This document shows positions 62,572-64,000 of a stretch of 64,000 bases of DNA, in pieces (within the stretch, counting starts at the first letter, position 1; each line of letters opens with the position of its first letter). The stretch is taken from positions 1,984,001 to 2,048,000 of the forward strand of contig NC_086101.1 in assembly GCF_963921235.1 (NCBI RefSeq), written 5' to 3'. The notes beneath the pieces were generated by a model, which saw nothing but the letters and a program-made list of their open reading frames with translations, was not told the origin of the DNA and searched no databases. Position numbers and translations under genes: made by a program. The DNA is from Mobula hypostoma. Lineage: Eukaryota.

Positions 62572-64000
62572 TATCTGTATTACAGTGGAGTATAGGGAAT
62601 TACAGGGGCATGAGAGACGTGTTGGCCAGAATGTACAGGATATATACATCCCAAAGAGAAATATATTCCGAAGGCAAGCAGACACAACTGTGGCTGATGA
62701 GAAGTCAACGCCAACATTAAACCCAAAGAGAGGGCATATAATAAAGCAAAAGCTAGTGGGACATTAGAGAATTGGGAAGCTTTTAAAAACCAACAGTAGG
62801 CATCTAAAGAAAGTCATTAAGAAGAAAGAGGTGGAATACAAAAGTAAGCTTGCCAGTACATTTAAAGATGATACAAAAAGTTCCTTCAGATACGTGAAGT
62901 GTAAAAGAGAAGCGAGAGTGGATATTGGACCACTGGAACACGATGCTGGAAAGGTAGTAATGGGGGGGGGGTGGAATGGCGGACGAACAGAATAAATACT
63001 TTGCATGAGTCTGGCTGAAGTTCTAGAGTGTCGGGGCATAAAGTGTGAAGTTGCCATTACTAGAGAGAAGGTTCTTGGGAAACTGAACGGTTTGAAAGTA
63101 GATAAGTCACCTGGTCCAGATTGTGTACACCCCAGGATTATCAAAGAGTTGGATGAAGAAATAGTGAAGGTATTAGTAATGATCTTTCAAGAATCACTAG
63201 ATTCTGGAAAACTGGAAAATTACAAATGTCACTCTGATCTTCAGGAAGGGAGAGAGGTAGAAGAAAGGAAACTACAGGCCAGTTGGTCTAACCTCAGTGG
63301 TTGAGATGTTAGAGTTGATTGTTAAGGATGGTGATTTGGGGTACTTGGAGGCACAGGATAAAATAAGCCATAGTCAGCATAGTTTCGTGAAGGGAAAATC
63401 TTGCCTGACAAATCTGTTGGGATTCTTTGGAAAAATAACACCTAGAATAGACAAAGGAGATTTGGTGGATGTTATATACTTGTGTTTTCAGAAGGCCTTT
63501 GACAAGGTGCCACATTTGAGGCTGCTTAACAAGTTAAGAACCTGTGGTATTACAGGAAAGATGCTAGCGTGGAAAAAGCAGTGTCTGGTTGTCAGGAGGC
63601 AAAGAGTGGGAATAAAGGGCACCCTTTCCGGTTGGCTGCGGTGACTATTGGTTTGGTATTCTACAGGAGCCTGTGTAGGGACTGATTCTTTTTACATTAT
63701 GTGAGATGGCAGAATTGCTGGCTTTGTTGTAAAGTTTGCATACGATATGAAGATAGTTGGTGGGGCAGGTAGTTTTGAGGAAGTAGAGCGGCTGCAGAAG
63801 GACTTACACAGATTGGGAAAATGGGCAAAGAAGTGGTAGATGGAATACAGTGTTGGGAAGTGTATGGTCATGTGCTTTGGTAGAAGAAATGAAAGGGTAG
63901 ACTGTTTTCTAAATGGAGAGAAAATGCAAAAAACTGGGGTACAAAGGGGCTTGGTCCTCATGCAGGGTTCCCGAAAGGTTAATTTGCAGGTTCAGTTGGT
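62572..64000 (+). mobile_element. Decayed CR1 LINE continuing from about 59550-59967 across the Tc1 insertion
   Basis: KSPGPDCVHPR, GKSCLTNLL and FQKAFDKVPH motifs; sequence is contiguous across the TA target site. Confidence 0.9.

Noticed and set aside
57770..64000. Terminal DAXX exon (expected ...ATQCDPEEIIVLSDS-like)
   Set aside because: Not found by eye; the region is mostly transposon-derived, so the exon probably lies beyond the window.

Overview
This is eukaryotic genomic DNA, most likely from a cartilaginous fish (a ray/skate-like CR1, Rex-Babar, Penelope and Tc1 repeat landscape); the taxon is inferred, not verified. It holds two divergently oriented, spliced protein-coding genes. 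(1) A WD40-repeat gene on the minus strand has five coding exons (13264-13118, 11875-11695, 9983-9877, 7304-7155, 6012-5932; 222 codons, all GT-AG with matching phases). Its 3' end runs off the left edge, and each intron holds a different G/C-skewed tandem repeat. (2) DAXX on the plus strand has five coding exons (28178-28420, 33115-33997, 38995-39414, 40752-41634, 57589-57769; 870 codons); the last exon with the C-terminal SIM was not found in the window. Two CCAAT-rich CpG islands lie at about 14.1-15.0 kb and 27.7-28.9 kb. Most of the remainder is nested, decayed transposons. The main hidden signals are: a CPEB3/HDV-like ribozyme fold at the 5' end of a Vingi/Ingi-type LINE in DAXX intron 4; a ~5.8 kb inversion between two inverted young CR1 copies, reconstructed from split elements and a flipped target-site duplication (TSD); Penelope-type minimal hammerhead motifs; and a possible shared WD40/DAXX bidirectional promoter.
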